Of a stretch of 64,000 nt of DNA, positions 1-7,273 are shown piece by piece (position 1 is the first letter of the stretch; every line of letters begins with the position of its first letter). The translations under genes were made by a program, and so were the position numbers. The DNA comes from a virus (lineage: Duplodnaviria; Heunggongvirae; Uroviricota; Caudoviricetes). The notes under the pieces are model-generated. The model saw nothing but the letters and a program-made list of their open reading frames with translations, was not told the DNA's origin and did no database searches. The stretch spans positions 1 to 64,000 of the IMG/VR virus record IMGVR_UViG_3300037119_002976, one strand, 5' to 3'.

Positions 1-167
1 GGACCGACGGTCAGAACGAGATCATCCTCATGAAGGAAGAGCCAGAGGATCAGGCCGAGCTCGCCCGCGTCCGCGAGATCGAGATCAAGCAGGCCCACAG
101 GAAGGCTGCGGCCACCGCCGATCGCGCCCGTGAGGCGCAGGCCGAGCTAGACAGGCTGCTCGCATGA
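1..167 (+). CDS. hypothetical protein, 3' fragment (ORF enters from upstream of window)
   Basis: Frame open from window edge to TGA 165-167; Ala/Arg/Glu-rich helical C-terminus; stop overlaps next start (ATGA). Confidence 0.4.
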   Translation, partial: TDGQNEIILMKEEPEDQAELARVREIEIKQAHRKAAATADRAREAQAELDRLLA

Positions 168-367
168 CCTGGGGAGGCTTCGTCCTCGCCTTCGTCCTTG
201 GCTGGCTGGCCTGCTGGTACCTCTCGAGCTTCCTGGTCAAGCGCGTACTGCGAAAAGGCGACGCGATGATGACCGATGCCCTCAAAGGACTGCCTCAGAC
301 GTCTCTCGTGCGCATCTACAAGGCCGCCGGTGCCGAAATCGAGCACCGGAAGGCGGAAATCGACTGA
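164..367 (+). CDS. small membrane protein (67 aa)
   Basis: ATG 164 overlaps upstream stop; hydrophobic N-terminal segment FVLAFVLGWLACWYL; stop TGA 365-367. Confidence 0.45.
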   Translation: MTWGGFVLAFVLGWLACWYLSSFLVKRVLRKGDAMMTDALKGLPQTSLVRIYKAAGAEIEHRKAEID

Positions 368-378
368 AAGGAGCCCAC

Positions 379-879
379 ATGGGCCTGTTCGACAGCAAAA
401 CCGACCCGACGACCGAGCGTTTCGATGCTCTGATGGAGGAAATGGCCGATCTGAAGCGATCGGTGACCGAATTGAAGGGCGAGAGGGCCGCGACGAGCAA
501 GATTCGCGACATGGAGCGCGAATACGTCGACACGAAGCGCCAACTGACCGATCTCCAGATCGAATTCGACAAGGAGAAGGAGAAGCACGCCCGCGAGAAG
601 CGCGAAGTCGAGCATCTGGTCGGTCTGGAGCGAAAGCGCTCCGAATTCGAGCGCGAGGCGGCCGTGACCGAGGCGAAAGTGGCCGTCCGCGAGGAGAACC
701 TCTCGGCCGAGCAGCAGCGCTTCAAGGACCAGATGAAATTCATCACCGATCGCTTCGAGAAGGAGATCGACCAGTCGAAGGAGCTGATGATGGAGATCCT
801 CGCTCGTCTGCCCAAGGTCGAGGCGCTCATGAAGCTCCAGAGCGGAAACGGCTCCAAGGAGCCCGTGGGGGTGGAGTAG
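379..879 (+). CDS. coiled-coil protein (166 aa)
   Basis: RBS AAAGGAG 7 nt upstream of ATG 379; Glu/Lys/Arg-rich heptad-like sequence; TAG 877-879. Confidence 0.6.
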   Translation: MGLFDSKTDPTTERFDALMEEMADLKRSVTELKGERAATSKIRDMEREYVDTKRQLTDLQIEFDKEKEKHAREKREVEHLVGLERKRSEFEREAAVTEAKVAVREENLSAEQQRFKDQMKFITDRFEKEIDQSKELMMEILARLPKVEALMKLQSGNGSKEPVGVE

Positions 880-1080
880 ATGGGGTACTTCACCACCTAC
901 CCGTGGTCGTCCAGTGCGTCGGCGCAGACCATCCAGTTCAACTACAGCGGCAGCACGACGCCGTACTACTACCCCGCTCCGATCCATCCTCCGGCGTCCG
1001 TGGTCGAGATGCCCGAGGGCCCGGTGGAGTGGCTGCGACGGCGGGTCACCGAGATCACCGATCTGGCGTACGCGGCATGA
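880..1080 (+). CDS. hypothetical protein (66 aa)
   Basis: ATG directly follows TAG of the upstream gene; TGA 1078-1080. Confidence 0.4.
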   Translation: MGYFTTYPWSSSASAQTIQFNYSGSTTPYYYPAPIHPPASVVEMPEGPVEWLRRRVTEITDLAYAA

Positions 1081-1544
1081 GGTTCGCCGAAGGCGACTAC
1101 GACCATCCAGGCCAGTGGGCGCTCTGGGAGCACTCGCTGTTCCGTGCGATCAACGGCCAGCGCGGGCAGCGGGTGCTCAAGGACCTGGAGCAGGCGCTAC
1201 TCGAGCTCCCAGAGAAGGCCCTCATGGACGGCGGGCTGTCCGACGGGAAGAACGTCTGCGCGGTCGGCGCGTACGTCGCGAAGAAGCGAGTGGACGCTGG
1301 CGAGGACCGCGATGAGGTGCTGGTAGACATGATCGTCCCCCTCGATCACTGGGGCGACGTGGACGGCTGGGAGGTCGAGGACAGGACGATCACGAGCGGC
1401 CAGCACGCCGGGATGCAGCTCACCATGATCGTTGCGGTTGCGGGCCTGAACGACGACCTCTACAAAGCCACGCCGGAGCGGCGATACGAGATGATGCTCG
1501 CGTGGGTGCGGGAGCGGATCCTTCCAGAGAAGGTGTTGGCATGA
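1077..1544 (+). CDS. hypothetical protein (155 aa)
   Basis: ATG 1077 overlaps the upstream stop (ATGA); it is the 3' part of the long 276-1544 frame, the only part not overlapped by better-supported genes. Confidence 0.5.
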   Translation: MRFAEGDYDHPGQWALWEHSLFRAINGQRGQRVLKDLEQALLELPEKALMDGGLSDGKNVCAVGAYVAKKRVDAGEDRDEVLVDMIVPLDHWGDVDGWEVEDRTITSGQHAGMQLTMIVAVAGLNDDLYKATPERRYEMMLAWVRERILPEKVLA

Positions 1545-1675
1545 CCTTCCTTCACTGGCTCAGGACGGTCAAGCCCGGCGATGCGCTCAAGTGGGGCGCC
1601 GTCGTCTTCGCCTACTGCCTCGCCATTCTCTTCCTGATCTCGGTCACGATCGCGATCGTGGAGCAGCACTCATGA
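1541..1675 (+). CDS. small membrane protein (44 aa)
   Basis: ATGA overlap at both ends (1541 and 1672); one predicted TM helix AVVFAYCLAILFLISVTIAIV. Confidence 0.35.
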   Translation: MTFLHWLRTVKPGDALKWGAVVFAYCLAILFLISVTIAIVEQHS

Positions 1676-2148
1676 CCATAAGCCGAGTGTGGCCTCTCTT
1701 CTCCGTCTCGATCGAGCGAGAAGACATCGCGGTTGGCGTGATGCACTCGGTCAAGGTCCCCGACGAGAAATGGACGTTCGTCGACAAGGCCGGGCACGGG
1801 CACTTCTGGAGGCTCTATTCCAAGAAGCCCTCCGACATCCCCACCTGCAAGGAGGTCGTCACCGGCACGCAGTGGGTTGGCGACGAGATCGACGGCGAGA
1901 TCTACGAGATCAAGGAGTGGCAGTGCAGAACGTGCGGCCAGACGATCGAGCCTGGCTATCGCCAGCAGCAGCAGCCAACTCATGTCCCTGGCCCGACCTG
2001 GGTCACGATCACGATGGAGGGTCGCGAGTACATCGTCACTCCTGAGCAGTACGCCAAGTCGGTTGAGGCGTGGGAGAAGGCCCTGCGAAAGATCAGCGGG
2101 GGAACGCCCGACTCGATCGTCTTCAGCAAGACGGGCGAACAGAAATGA
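1672..2148 (+). CDS. hypothetical Cys-containing protein (158 aa)
   Basis: ATG 1672 in ATGA overlap; C..C / CRTCG pairs suggest zinc binding; TGA 2146-2148. Confidence 0.5.
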   Translation: MTISRVWPLFSVSIEREDIAVGVMHSVKVPDEKWTFVDKAGHGHFWRLYSKKPSDIPTCKEVVTGTQWVGDEIDGEIYEIKEWQCRTCGQTIEPGYRQQQQPTHVPGPTWVTITMEGREYIVTPEQYAKSVEAWEKALRKISGGTPDSIVFSKTGEQK

Positions 2149-2375
2149 CGGCCGCCGAGAAGGCACGCCGGCTTCTCCCGGAGGGGCGCCTCATGATCAA
2201 GCAGGTCGATCCCGAGATCGGCAGCGGTCTGGTCGTTGCTGAGTGCCGAGGCGACTCCGGCGAGGTGTACTCACTCGGACATGATCCGACGAAGGACGAG
2301 TGGCGATGCACCTGTCGCGAGATGAAGGGCAACTGCTCGCACCTGCAGGCGCTCAAGCTCGTGGTGGTCGTATGA
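2145..2375 (+). CDS. SWIM-type zinc-finger protein (76 aa)
   Basis: ATGA overlap at 2145; C-terminal WRCTCREMKGNCSHLQAL fits the CxCx(n)CxH SWIM pattern. Confidence 0.5.
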   Translation: MTAAEKARRLLPEGRLMIKQVDPEIGSGLVVAECRGDSGEVYSLGHDPTKDEWRCTCREMKGNCSHLQALKLVVVV

Positions 2376-2472
2376 AGATCGGGCGTGGCGGGACCCACCA
2401 ATGCGGTCAGTCGTTCGGCATGGCCTGCCATCGAATGACACCGTCGCGCCCGGTACATCCAAAGGAGGACCT

Positions 2473-2664
2473 ATGAGTCCAGCAGAGATCGCCGCGGCGA
2501 TCAGGGAACTGAGTGCGTCCGAGCTAGTCGAGCTCGGCAGGCACTTGCACGACGATGAAGGTTGGTGGGAGACTGCGGCTGTTCCTGCCAAGCCCGCACC
2601 CGAGTCTCCCGGCGATTCAGTCGCCCAAGGGCTTCCGGCTGACTACTGGGAGACGGCGGAATGA
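2473..2664 (+). CDS. hypothetical protein (63 aa)
   Basis: Strong RBS AAAGGAGG 4 nt upstream of ATG 2473; TGA 2662-2664 overlaps the next ATG. Confidence 0.55.
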   Translation: MSPAEIAAAIRELSASELVELGRHLHDDEGWWETAAVPAKPAPESPGDSVAQGLPADYWETAE

Positions 2665-3563
2665 GCAGCGCAACGAAGGATGTCGACGACCTGGTGCGAG
2701 CGATCCGGGCGACTGGCACGCACAACGTGCAGTCGAACGGCGCTCACCACAAGGTGCTCGACGGAGCGGGGCACACCGTGTACGTGCTGCCCAAGACGCC
2801 GAGCGATCGGCGCTGGCGAGAGAACGCGATCCACGAGCTGATCAAGCAGGGCGTGTTCGAGGGTGATCCGAAGAAGGCCAGGAAGGAGAAGGGTCGCTTG
2901 CGACTGACCGACCCTGACGTACAGGCGATGAAGGTTGCGGCCGTCAAGGCTCGAGCTGCGAGGCTCGCGGCCGATACGGCTGTCGTCCGTGATCGCATCC
3001 AGCCGCTGGTCACGAAGATCGGGGGCTGGGGGATGCGCGAGGGCCAGGTCACCGCGTCCGAGCTCGGCATGGTGGCGAAGCACTGGGGCCGCGATCGACC
3101 GGATGTGTGGAAGACGGACGGTGCTGCGAAGTCGTCGGCTCAGAACAACATGAAGCACGCTGGCGGCTGCTCCCCGCAGGCCCTCGGCTTCTGGGATGCC
3201 TTCGTCACCGACTGGGAGCTCGCCGATGATCCTCGACGCTGGTACTTCGATCTCGCTCGGGAGATGAAGGGCTTGGCCCCGATCGAAACGAAGGTCATCG
3301 TTGGTGGTGCCGAGCTCACCGAGACCACAACTACTTCGGCGAAGCCGAACCTTCGACGAGCCGGAAGAGTGAGGACATACAGAATGGAGGGAGAAGAGAA
3401 GCATCCACTGGAGCCAGACATCGTTGTCGGCCATCTCGCACTCAGAGCTGTTGCTCTGATGGCCGCCGGACGAGAGACAATCGACATTGAAGAGGTGCTC
3501 GAAGTCGGCGAGCAGATTCTCGCCCTCGAGAATCGAGCACAAACGGAAGGAGAGGAAGAGTGA
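2661..3563 (+). CDS. hypothetical protein with HicA-like N-terminal domain (300 aa)
   Basis: N-terminus [31 protein letters not shown]...IHELIKQGV resembles the HicA/YcfA fold; the rest is Ala/Arg-rich helical. Confidence 0.5.
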   Translation: MSSATKDVDDLVRAIRATGTHNVQSNGAHHKVLDGAGHTVYVLPKTPSDRRWRENAIHELIKQGVFEGDPKKARKEKGRLRLTDPDVQAMKVAAVKARAARLAADTAVVRDRIQPLVTKIGGWGMREGQVTASELGMVAKHWGRDRPDVWKTDGAAKSSAQNNMKHAGGCSPQALGFWDAFVTDWELADDPRRWYFDLAREMKGLAPIETKVIVGGAELTETTTTSAKPNLRRAGRVRTYRMEGEEKHPLEPDIVVGHLALRAVALMAAGRETIDIEEVLEVGEQILALENRAQTEGEEE

Positions 3564-4132
3564 AAACGATCATCGTTGCAGCCCTGCTCGCGATCTGCGC
3601 AGGCCTGCTCAGCGTCACGCCCGCGATCGCGGGCGGTGGTGGCTACGAGTGCCACTGCGAGAAGGGGGAGCCTGGGCCTCCCGGTCCTCCCGGCCCGAAG
3701 GGCGACAAGGGCTACAAGGGCGACCAAGGCCCTCCCGGCCCTCCTGGGCAGGGTGAGCCAGGTCCGAAGGGTGATCCCGGTCCTGCCGGCCCTGCCGGAC
3801 CGAAGGGCGATACTGGGCCCGGTGGCCCAGGCGGCCCAGGCGGCCCCGCAGGACCTTCTGGCCCGAAGGGTGACGCAGGCCCTCCCGGCCCCGCAGGGCC
3901 TCCTGGAGAGGCGGGGCCTCCCGGCCCGGCAGGGAAGGTAGGCAAGTCCGGCACCGTGAAGCTCAAGCCGACGATCATCTACCGCACGGAGCCGGGTCTG
4001 CTCAAGCGGATCAAGCTGCTGGAGATCAAGATCCGCAAGCTGGAGAAGTGGTGTCCGATGCCGCCCGCACCATGCCCGAAGGGCTACACGCGCAACCCGA
4101 GCGGTGGCTGCTCGCCACAGGGAAGCGGTTAA
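3560..4132 (+). CDS. secreted collagen-like protein (signal peptide + Gly-Pro-X repeats + Cys-containing C-terminal domain)
   Basis: GTG 3560 overlaps the upstream TGA. Signal peptide [24 protein letters not shown], then about 100 aa of [22 protein letters not shown]... G-X-Y repeats, then a coiled/Cys C-terminus. Confidence 0.7.
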   Translation: MKTIIVAALLAICAGLLSVTPAIAGGGGYECHCEKGEPGPPGPPGPKGDKGYKGDQGPPGPPGQGEPGPKGDPGPAGPAGPKGDTGPGGPGGPGGPAGPSGPKGDAGPPGPAGPPGEAGPPGPAGKVGKSGTVKLKPTIIYRTEPGLLKRIKLLEIKIRKLEKWCPMPPAPCPKGYTRNPSGGCSPQGSG

Positions 4133-4153
4133 CTTCGATGAACGGGAGGGAAC

Positions 4154-4333
4154 ATGCGCAAGCTGATCGTGGCGATCTTCGTCACAGCTCTGCTCGTCCC
4201 GGCAACGGCGGCGGCGCAGCACGTCAAGACCAACTCGGCCAAGCCGAACCCGATCAGGGAGTACGGCAAGTACCGTCCGAACCCCGGCCCGAAGACGTAC
4301 CGCTTCGTCGGGGGAGCGCATCGGGCGCAGTAG
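4154..4333 (+). CDS. small secreted protein (59 aa)
   Basis: RBS GGGAGGGAAC before ATG 4154; signal-peptide-like MRKLIVAIFVTALLVPATAAAQ. Confidence 0.45.
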   Translation: MRKLIVAIFVTALLVPATAAAQHVKTNSAKPNPIREYGKYRPNPGPKTYRFVGGAHRAQ

Positions 4334-4394
4334 ACCCCGGCATCGCCGCCGCGCTCGACGTTGTTCATCGGGCGCGGCTCGACCAGGAGTGGGA

Positions 4395-4487
4395 GTGCGC
4401 TCGTTCCTGATCCTCGTCTCTCCGTGGGTGGTGGTGGCCGTCCTTCTCTGGATGTACGCCACCACCCCGGCAGGGGTCGAGCGATGA
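4395..4487 (+). CDS. tiny membrane peptide (30 aa), speculative
   Basis: GTG 4395 to TGA 4485-4487; one hydrophobic helix; coupled to the next tiny ORF by ATGA. Confidence 0.2.
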   Translation: MRSFLILVSPWVVVAVLLWMYATTPAGVER

Positions 4488-4555
4488 GCACCGTGATCGC
4501 CATCGTCGTCATTGCCTGGATCGTCATCCTCGCCTTCAACGGCTGGGAGTTCTGA
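4484..4555 (+). CDS. tiny membrane peptide (23 aa), speculative
   Basis: ATG 4484 (ATGA overlap) to TGA 4553-4555, which overlaps ATG 4555; sequence MSTVIAIVVIAWIVILAFNGWEF. Confidence 0.2.
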   Translation: MSTVIAIVVIAWIVILAFNGWEF

Positions 4556-4803
4556 TGTCCGCTTCCGAGAAGCTGAAGAACGCCGCGCCGTGGGATCAGT
4601 GGCGCGAATACTGCAACTCAGACGTCCTCGACCTGATCGAGTCGGACGACATGGATCGTCTGCTCAACGCTCTCCCGCAGATCGTGGCGGTGGTCGAGGC
4701 GGCGGAGACGCTCCCAATGCTCTTCGACGTTGTGGGAGGTTCGACCATCAAGACTCTCAGCTTTGTGCCGCTGCTTGATGCTCTCGAAGAGGCGCTGTCG
4801 TGA
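4555..4803 (+). CDS. hypothetical protein (82 aa)
   Basis: ATG 4555 overlaps the upstream TGA; acidic protein; TGA 4801-4803. Confidence 0.5.
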   Translation: MSASEKLKNAAPWDQWREYCNSDVLDLIESDDMDRLLNALPQIVAVVEAAETLPMLFDVVGGSTIKTLSFVPLLDALEEALS

Positions 4804-5018
4804 GCGAACAGAACGTGTCAAAGACGAAGAACGCCTACCGCGCCGAAGGCAAGATCATCCACGTCGGCACTCCGGGAATCTTCCACTTCCCTGCATCGGG
4901 ATCGAACGAGACACGATGCGGCTTCGACATGGCGGAGGCCCGTTCAACGGATCACCCGCTCAGTGAATACGAGCCCTGCGTCGTCTGCTTCGAGGACTGG
5001 GATCGGAGCCTGCCGTGA
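4800..5018 (+). CDS. hypothetical protein (72 aa)
   Basis: GTG 4800 in GTGA overlap; Cys pairs near the C-terminus (CGFD...CVVC). Confidence 0.45.
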   Translation: MSEQNVSKTKNAYRAEGKIIHVGTPGIFHFPASGSNETRCGFDMAEARSTDHPLSEYEPCVVCFEDWDRSLP

Positions 5019-5137
5019 CCACGGAACACAAACCACAGAATGTCTGCAAGCACGACGGCTACCTGGCCTCGACCCACTCGCGGCTCAAGAGCGAACTCAA
5101 GTGCATGAAGTGCGGGAAGGTCTGGAAGTCACGGTGA
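5015..5137 (+). CDS. small zinc-ribbon-like protein (40 aa)
   Basis: GTG 5015 in GTGA overlap; C..H...CxxC arrangement; the ORF ends just before the tRNA cluster. Confidence 0.35.
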   Translation: MTTEHKPQNVCKHDGYLASTHSRLKSELKCMKCGKVWKSR

Positions 5138-5223
5138 GTTCGGTCTCTTTGGTAGGCTCGCGCCGTGAAGTCGTTCCCATAGGGCCGCGCCCCTCCGATG
5201 GACTAGCTCACAGGCTGATGCTC

Positions 5224-5296
5224 GCCAGCTAGTTCAATGGTTAGAACACCTCACCTGATGTGGAGGAAATCCTTGGTTCGATTCCAGGGGCTGGCT
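5224..5296 (+). tRNA. tRNA-like gene; isotype unresolved and possibly degenerate
   Basis: Perfect 7 bp acceptor stem GCCAGCT/GGCTGGC, D-arm GTTC-AATGGTTA-GAAC and T-arm CTTGG-TTCGATT-CCAGG. The anticodon stem carries a mismatch and the candidate loop is CCTGATG with no U33. No encoded CCA. Confidence 0.35.
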
Positions 5297-5303
5297 CTCT
5301 CAT

Positions 5304-5372
5304 GCGGCTGCGTACTGGGTACCGAGTCGATTCTAAACCGGCCTCGGGCGGGTTCGATCCCCGTCAGCCGCT
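5304..5372 (+). tRNA. compact tRNA-like gene; candidate anticodon CUA (amber-reading); D-arm abnormally short
   Basis: Acceptor GCGGCTG/CAGCCGC (7 bp perfect) and T-arm GCGGG-TTCGATC-CCCGT. The anticodon arm GTCGA-TTCTAAA-CCGGC has U33 and A37 in place and CTA at positions 34-36, with one A.C mismatch. The D region is only GTAC-TGG-GTAC. Confidence 0.35.
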
Positions 5373-5409
5373 CTTGATGTAGTCCTGCCGTTCATCTAAC
5401 CTCGGAAGC

Positions 5410-5481
5410 CGCGGGCGACTCGGTCGGAGCAGAGGGTGCGCTCATAACGCACAGAACCGGGTTCGACTCCCGGGCCCGCTA
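5410..5481 (+). tRNA. tRNA-Met (anticodon CAT; could also be lysidine Ile)
   Basis: Anticodon arm GTGCG-CTCATAA-CGCAC is a perfect 5 bp stem with U33 and A37. T-arm CCGGG-TTCGACT-CCCGG; acceptor 6/7 paired with a 1-72 C.T mismatch; no CCA. Confidence 0.6.
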
Positions 5482-5485
5482 CTCG

Positions 5486-5683
5486 ATGCGAGTGTTGCGC
5501 TTCATCCATCGCTGGTTTACGAACCAGCCGCCTGCGTCGCTCGACGCGATCGTGTCGAGCGGTCGACTGACCGATGCGGAAGCTCGGTACCTGTGGGCGC
5601 TCTGTCGGAGCGGACGCAGGACGCCGGATTGGCTTGCCGACAAGATGGTCGGTCGCAACACCCAGGAGACGGTTCCGGGCTAA
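5486..5683 (+). CDS. hypothetical protein (65 aa)
   Basis: ATG 5486 sits 5 nt after the tRNA; TAA 5681-5683. Confidence 0.4.
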   Translation: MRVLRFIHRWFTNQPPASLDAIVSSGRLTDAEARYLWALCRSGRRTPDWLADKMVGRNTQETVPG

Positions 5684-5697
5684 GCCGGGGAGGACAC

Positions 5698-5913
5698 ATG
5701 GCGACGCCCAACCGTAACGGTGGGGCAGTCGTTCCGGTCCGCCTCACTGACATCGACATCAAGATCCGGCGCCGGCGGGGCAAGGCGCTGTACGAGGCCG
5801 CGGTCGCCGACCGCGACATCGACCTCGCCATGCGCCTCGACGCGGCGATCGAGCGTCCTTCGGATCAGGTCTACTGGCTGCCTGCGACGGCGGTGCGGAA
5901 GGCCCTGCCGTGA
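5698..5913 (+). CDS. hypothetical protein (71 aa)
   Basis: RBS GGGGAGGACAC before ATG 5698; TGA 5911-5913 overlaps the next GTG. Confidence 0.5.
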   Translation: MATPNRNGGAVVPVRLTDIDIKIRRRRGKALYEAAVADRDIDLAMRLDAAIERPSDQVYWLPATAVRKALP

Positions 5914-6281
5914 AGACGATCGAGCATCGACACGTCGAGCTCCCCTCGGCGAGCCTGTGCAACCCGAAGCTCACGGCAACGAAGATGGAGCACTCGTTCT
6001 GCCGCCTCGGCGACTGGCGCTGCGCCCGGATGACGCGACACCACCTCGTCCCGGAGTCCTGGTTCCTGCGTCAGCCCATGCACCTGCGACAGATCCGAAA
6101 CGCGCACGCGAACATCATCCCGCTCTGCCGCTGGCATCACGATCTCGTGGAGTCGAAGCATCCGGTAGTCCGCTTACAGGCGCGTCGACTTCTGCGTGCC
6201 TCGCTGCTGCAGGAGGAGATCGCGTTCGCCATCCAGCTGCGCGGAAGAGACTGGATCGACTCGGAGTATCCGGTCGTCTGA
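5910..6281 (+). CDS. HNH homing endonuclease (123 aa)
   Basis: GTG 5910 in GTGA overlap; HNH core TRHHLVPE...NIIPLCRWHHDLVE (H-N-H) with C..C zinc ligands. Confidence 0.65.
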   Translation: MKTIEHRHVELPSASLCNPKLTATKMEHSFCRLGDWRCARMTRHHLVPESWFLRQPMHLRQIRNAHANIIPLCRWHHDLVESKHPVVRLQARRLLRASLLQEEIAFAIQLRGRDWIDSEYPVV

Positions 6282-6294
6282 TTACCCTTCGGGC

Positions 6295-6558
6295 ATGGAT
6301 GAACACGAGGTTCGGGTCATCGTTCGCGAGGAGATCGCTTCGCTCGCAGGGAAGGCTCTACGCCGGACGCAGGACCGCAGTTACACGCGCTCGATCGAGC
6401 GGAACATGGCGATCGACGTCGCCAATGACGAGCTGGCGGAGTTCTGGGGCGAGGTGCTCTCGGAGTACGGGGACGTGATCATGGATGGCGACAAGGTCGT
6501 CGGCTGGCCGACCCCCGCCGAGTCCGTCGATATCCCCGCCGAGGCTTCCGACAAGTAG
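6295..6558 (+). CDS. hypothetical protein (87 aa)
   Basis: ATG 6295; acidic; TAG 6556-6558 sits 3 nt before the next ATG. Confidence 0.45.
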   Translation: MDEHEVRVIVREEIASLAGKALRRTQDRSYTRSIERNMAIDVANDELAEFWGEVLSEYGDVIMDGDKVVGWPTPAESVDIPAEASDK

Positions 6559-6561
6559 CCC

Positions 6562-7077
6562 ATGAGCCAGCTCGAGGAGCGCGAAGAGCGCCAGGAGCTC
6601 GCCGTCTCAGACATCACCGAGGCTGAGAAGGCCCAGTTCCTGCAGCTGGTCAGGCAGGGCCACGATCGCCAGGAGGCGGCGAAGATCCTCGGCTACAAGG
6701 CTCGGCCCTGGCGAGCAGTCTGTTCGCCGTCCTCGCCTCACTACGACGAGGACTTCGCGAACGCCTACGCCGAAGCGATCGGCTCGCCCGAGGCGAAGCT
6801 CTATTTCATCGAGCGCCTGCGCGAGGAGACTCTGCGGCGAGCGCTGACCGATTCCGATCGCCTCCTGGAGAAGCTCATGCTCGTTCACGACCCGGACTGG
6901 GTGCCTCTCCGGCAGAAGGATGTGAACGTGAACATCCACGCCTACATCCAGCAGCACTTCAAGGACCTGCCCACCGACCTCCTGGAGCAGCTGCTCGCAG
7001 CGCTCGACCGGGAGGCTGCCGGTGAGATCGTCGAAGGCGAGGTCAACGAGTTACCGCCCGGCGGTAATGACGACTGA
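6562..7077 (+). CDS. putative terminase small subunit (171 aa)
   Basis: Lies directly upstream of the large terminase gene and is of typical size. N-terminal helix-turn-helix-like segment KAQFLQLVRQGHDRQEAAKILGY. Confidence 0.45.
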   Translation: MSQLEEREERQELAVSDITEAEKAQFLQLVRQGHDRQEAAKILGYKARPWRAVCSPSSPHYDEDFANAYAEAIGSPEAKLYFIERLREETLRRALTDSDRLLEKLMLVHDPDWVPLRQKDVNVNIHAYIQQHFKDLPTDLLEQLLAALDREAAGEIVEGEVNELPPGGNDD

Positions 7078-7273
7078 CTCCTACGGTGGCACGAAGATCA
7101 AACGGCCCAGGTGGGCCATCAAAGAGCTGTGGCCCTGGGATGGGCCAGACAGGCTGTCTCTGTGGGAGCGCTGGCACGCCGATCCCAAGCGCCTCGGCCT
7201 CGAGCCCGAGCCTCTTCTATGGTGGGAGACCGACGTGGTGAGAAAGGAAGAAGAGTGGCCGCTGGCAGCGTGA
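7067..7273 (+). CDS. hypothetical protein (68 aa)
   Basis: ATG 7067 overlaps the end of the upstream gene; Trp-rich; TGA 7271-7273 overlaps the terminase GTG. Confidence 0.35.
   Translation: MTTDSYGGTKIKRPRWAIKELWPWDGPDRLSLWERWHADPKRLGLEPEPLLWWETDVVRKEEEWPLAA

Noticed and set aside
276-1544. 422 aa ORF spanning three smaller genes
   Set aside because: It has Arg/Gly-rich low-complexity translation typical of an alternative frame in high-GC DNA. It overlaps better-supported coupled genes (379-879, 880-1080); only the 3' part from ATG 1077 was kept.
3140-4465. 441 aa reverse-strand ORF antisense to the early genes and the Pro-rich collagen gene
   Set aside because: Its Arg/Ala-rich translation mirrors GC-rich and collagen repeats. 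It lacks an RBS and overlaps the supported + strand genes.
5138-5485. tRNA cluster considered as an attP site / prophage junction
   Set aside because: The window contains no integrase, excisionase or immunity repressor near the tRNAs, and the phage genes continue in the same orientation on both sides. The tRNAs are more likely phage-encoded accessory tRNAs.
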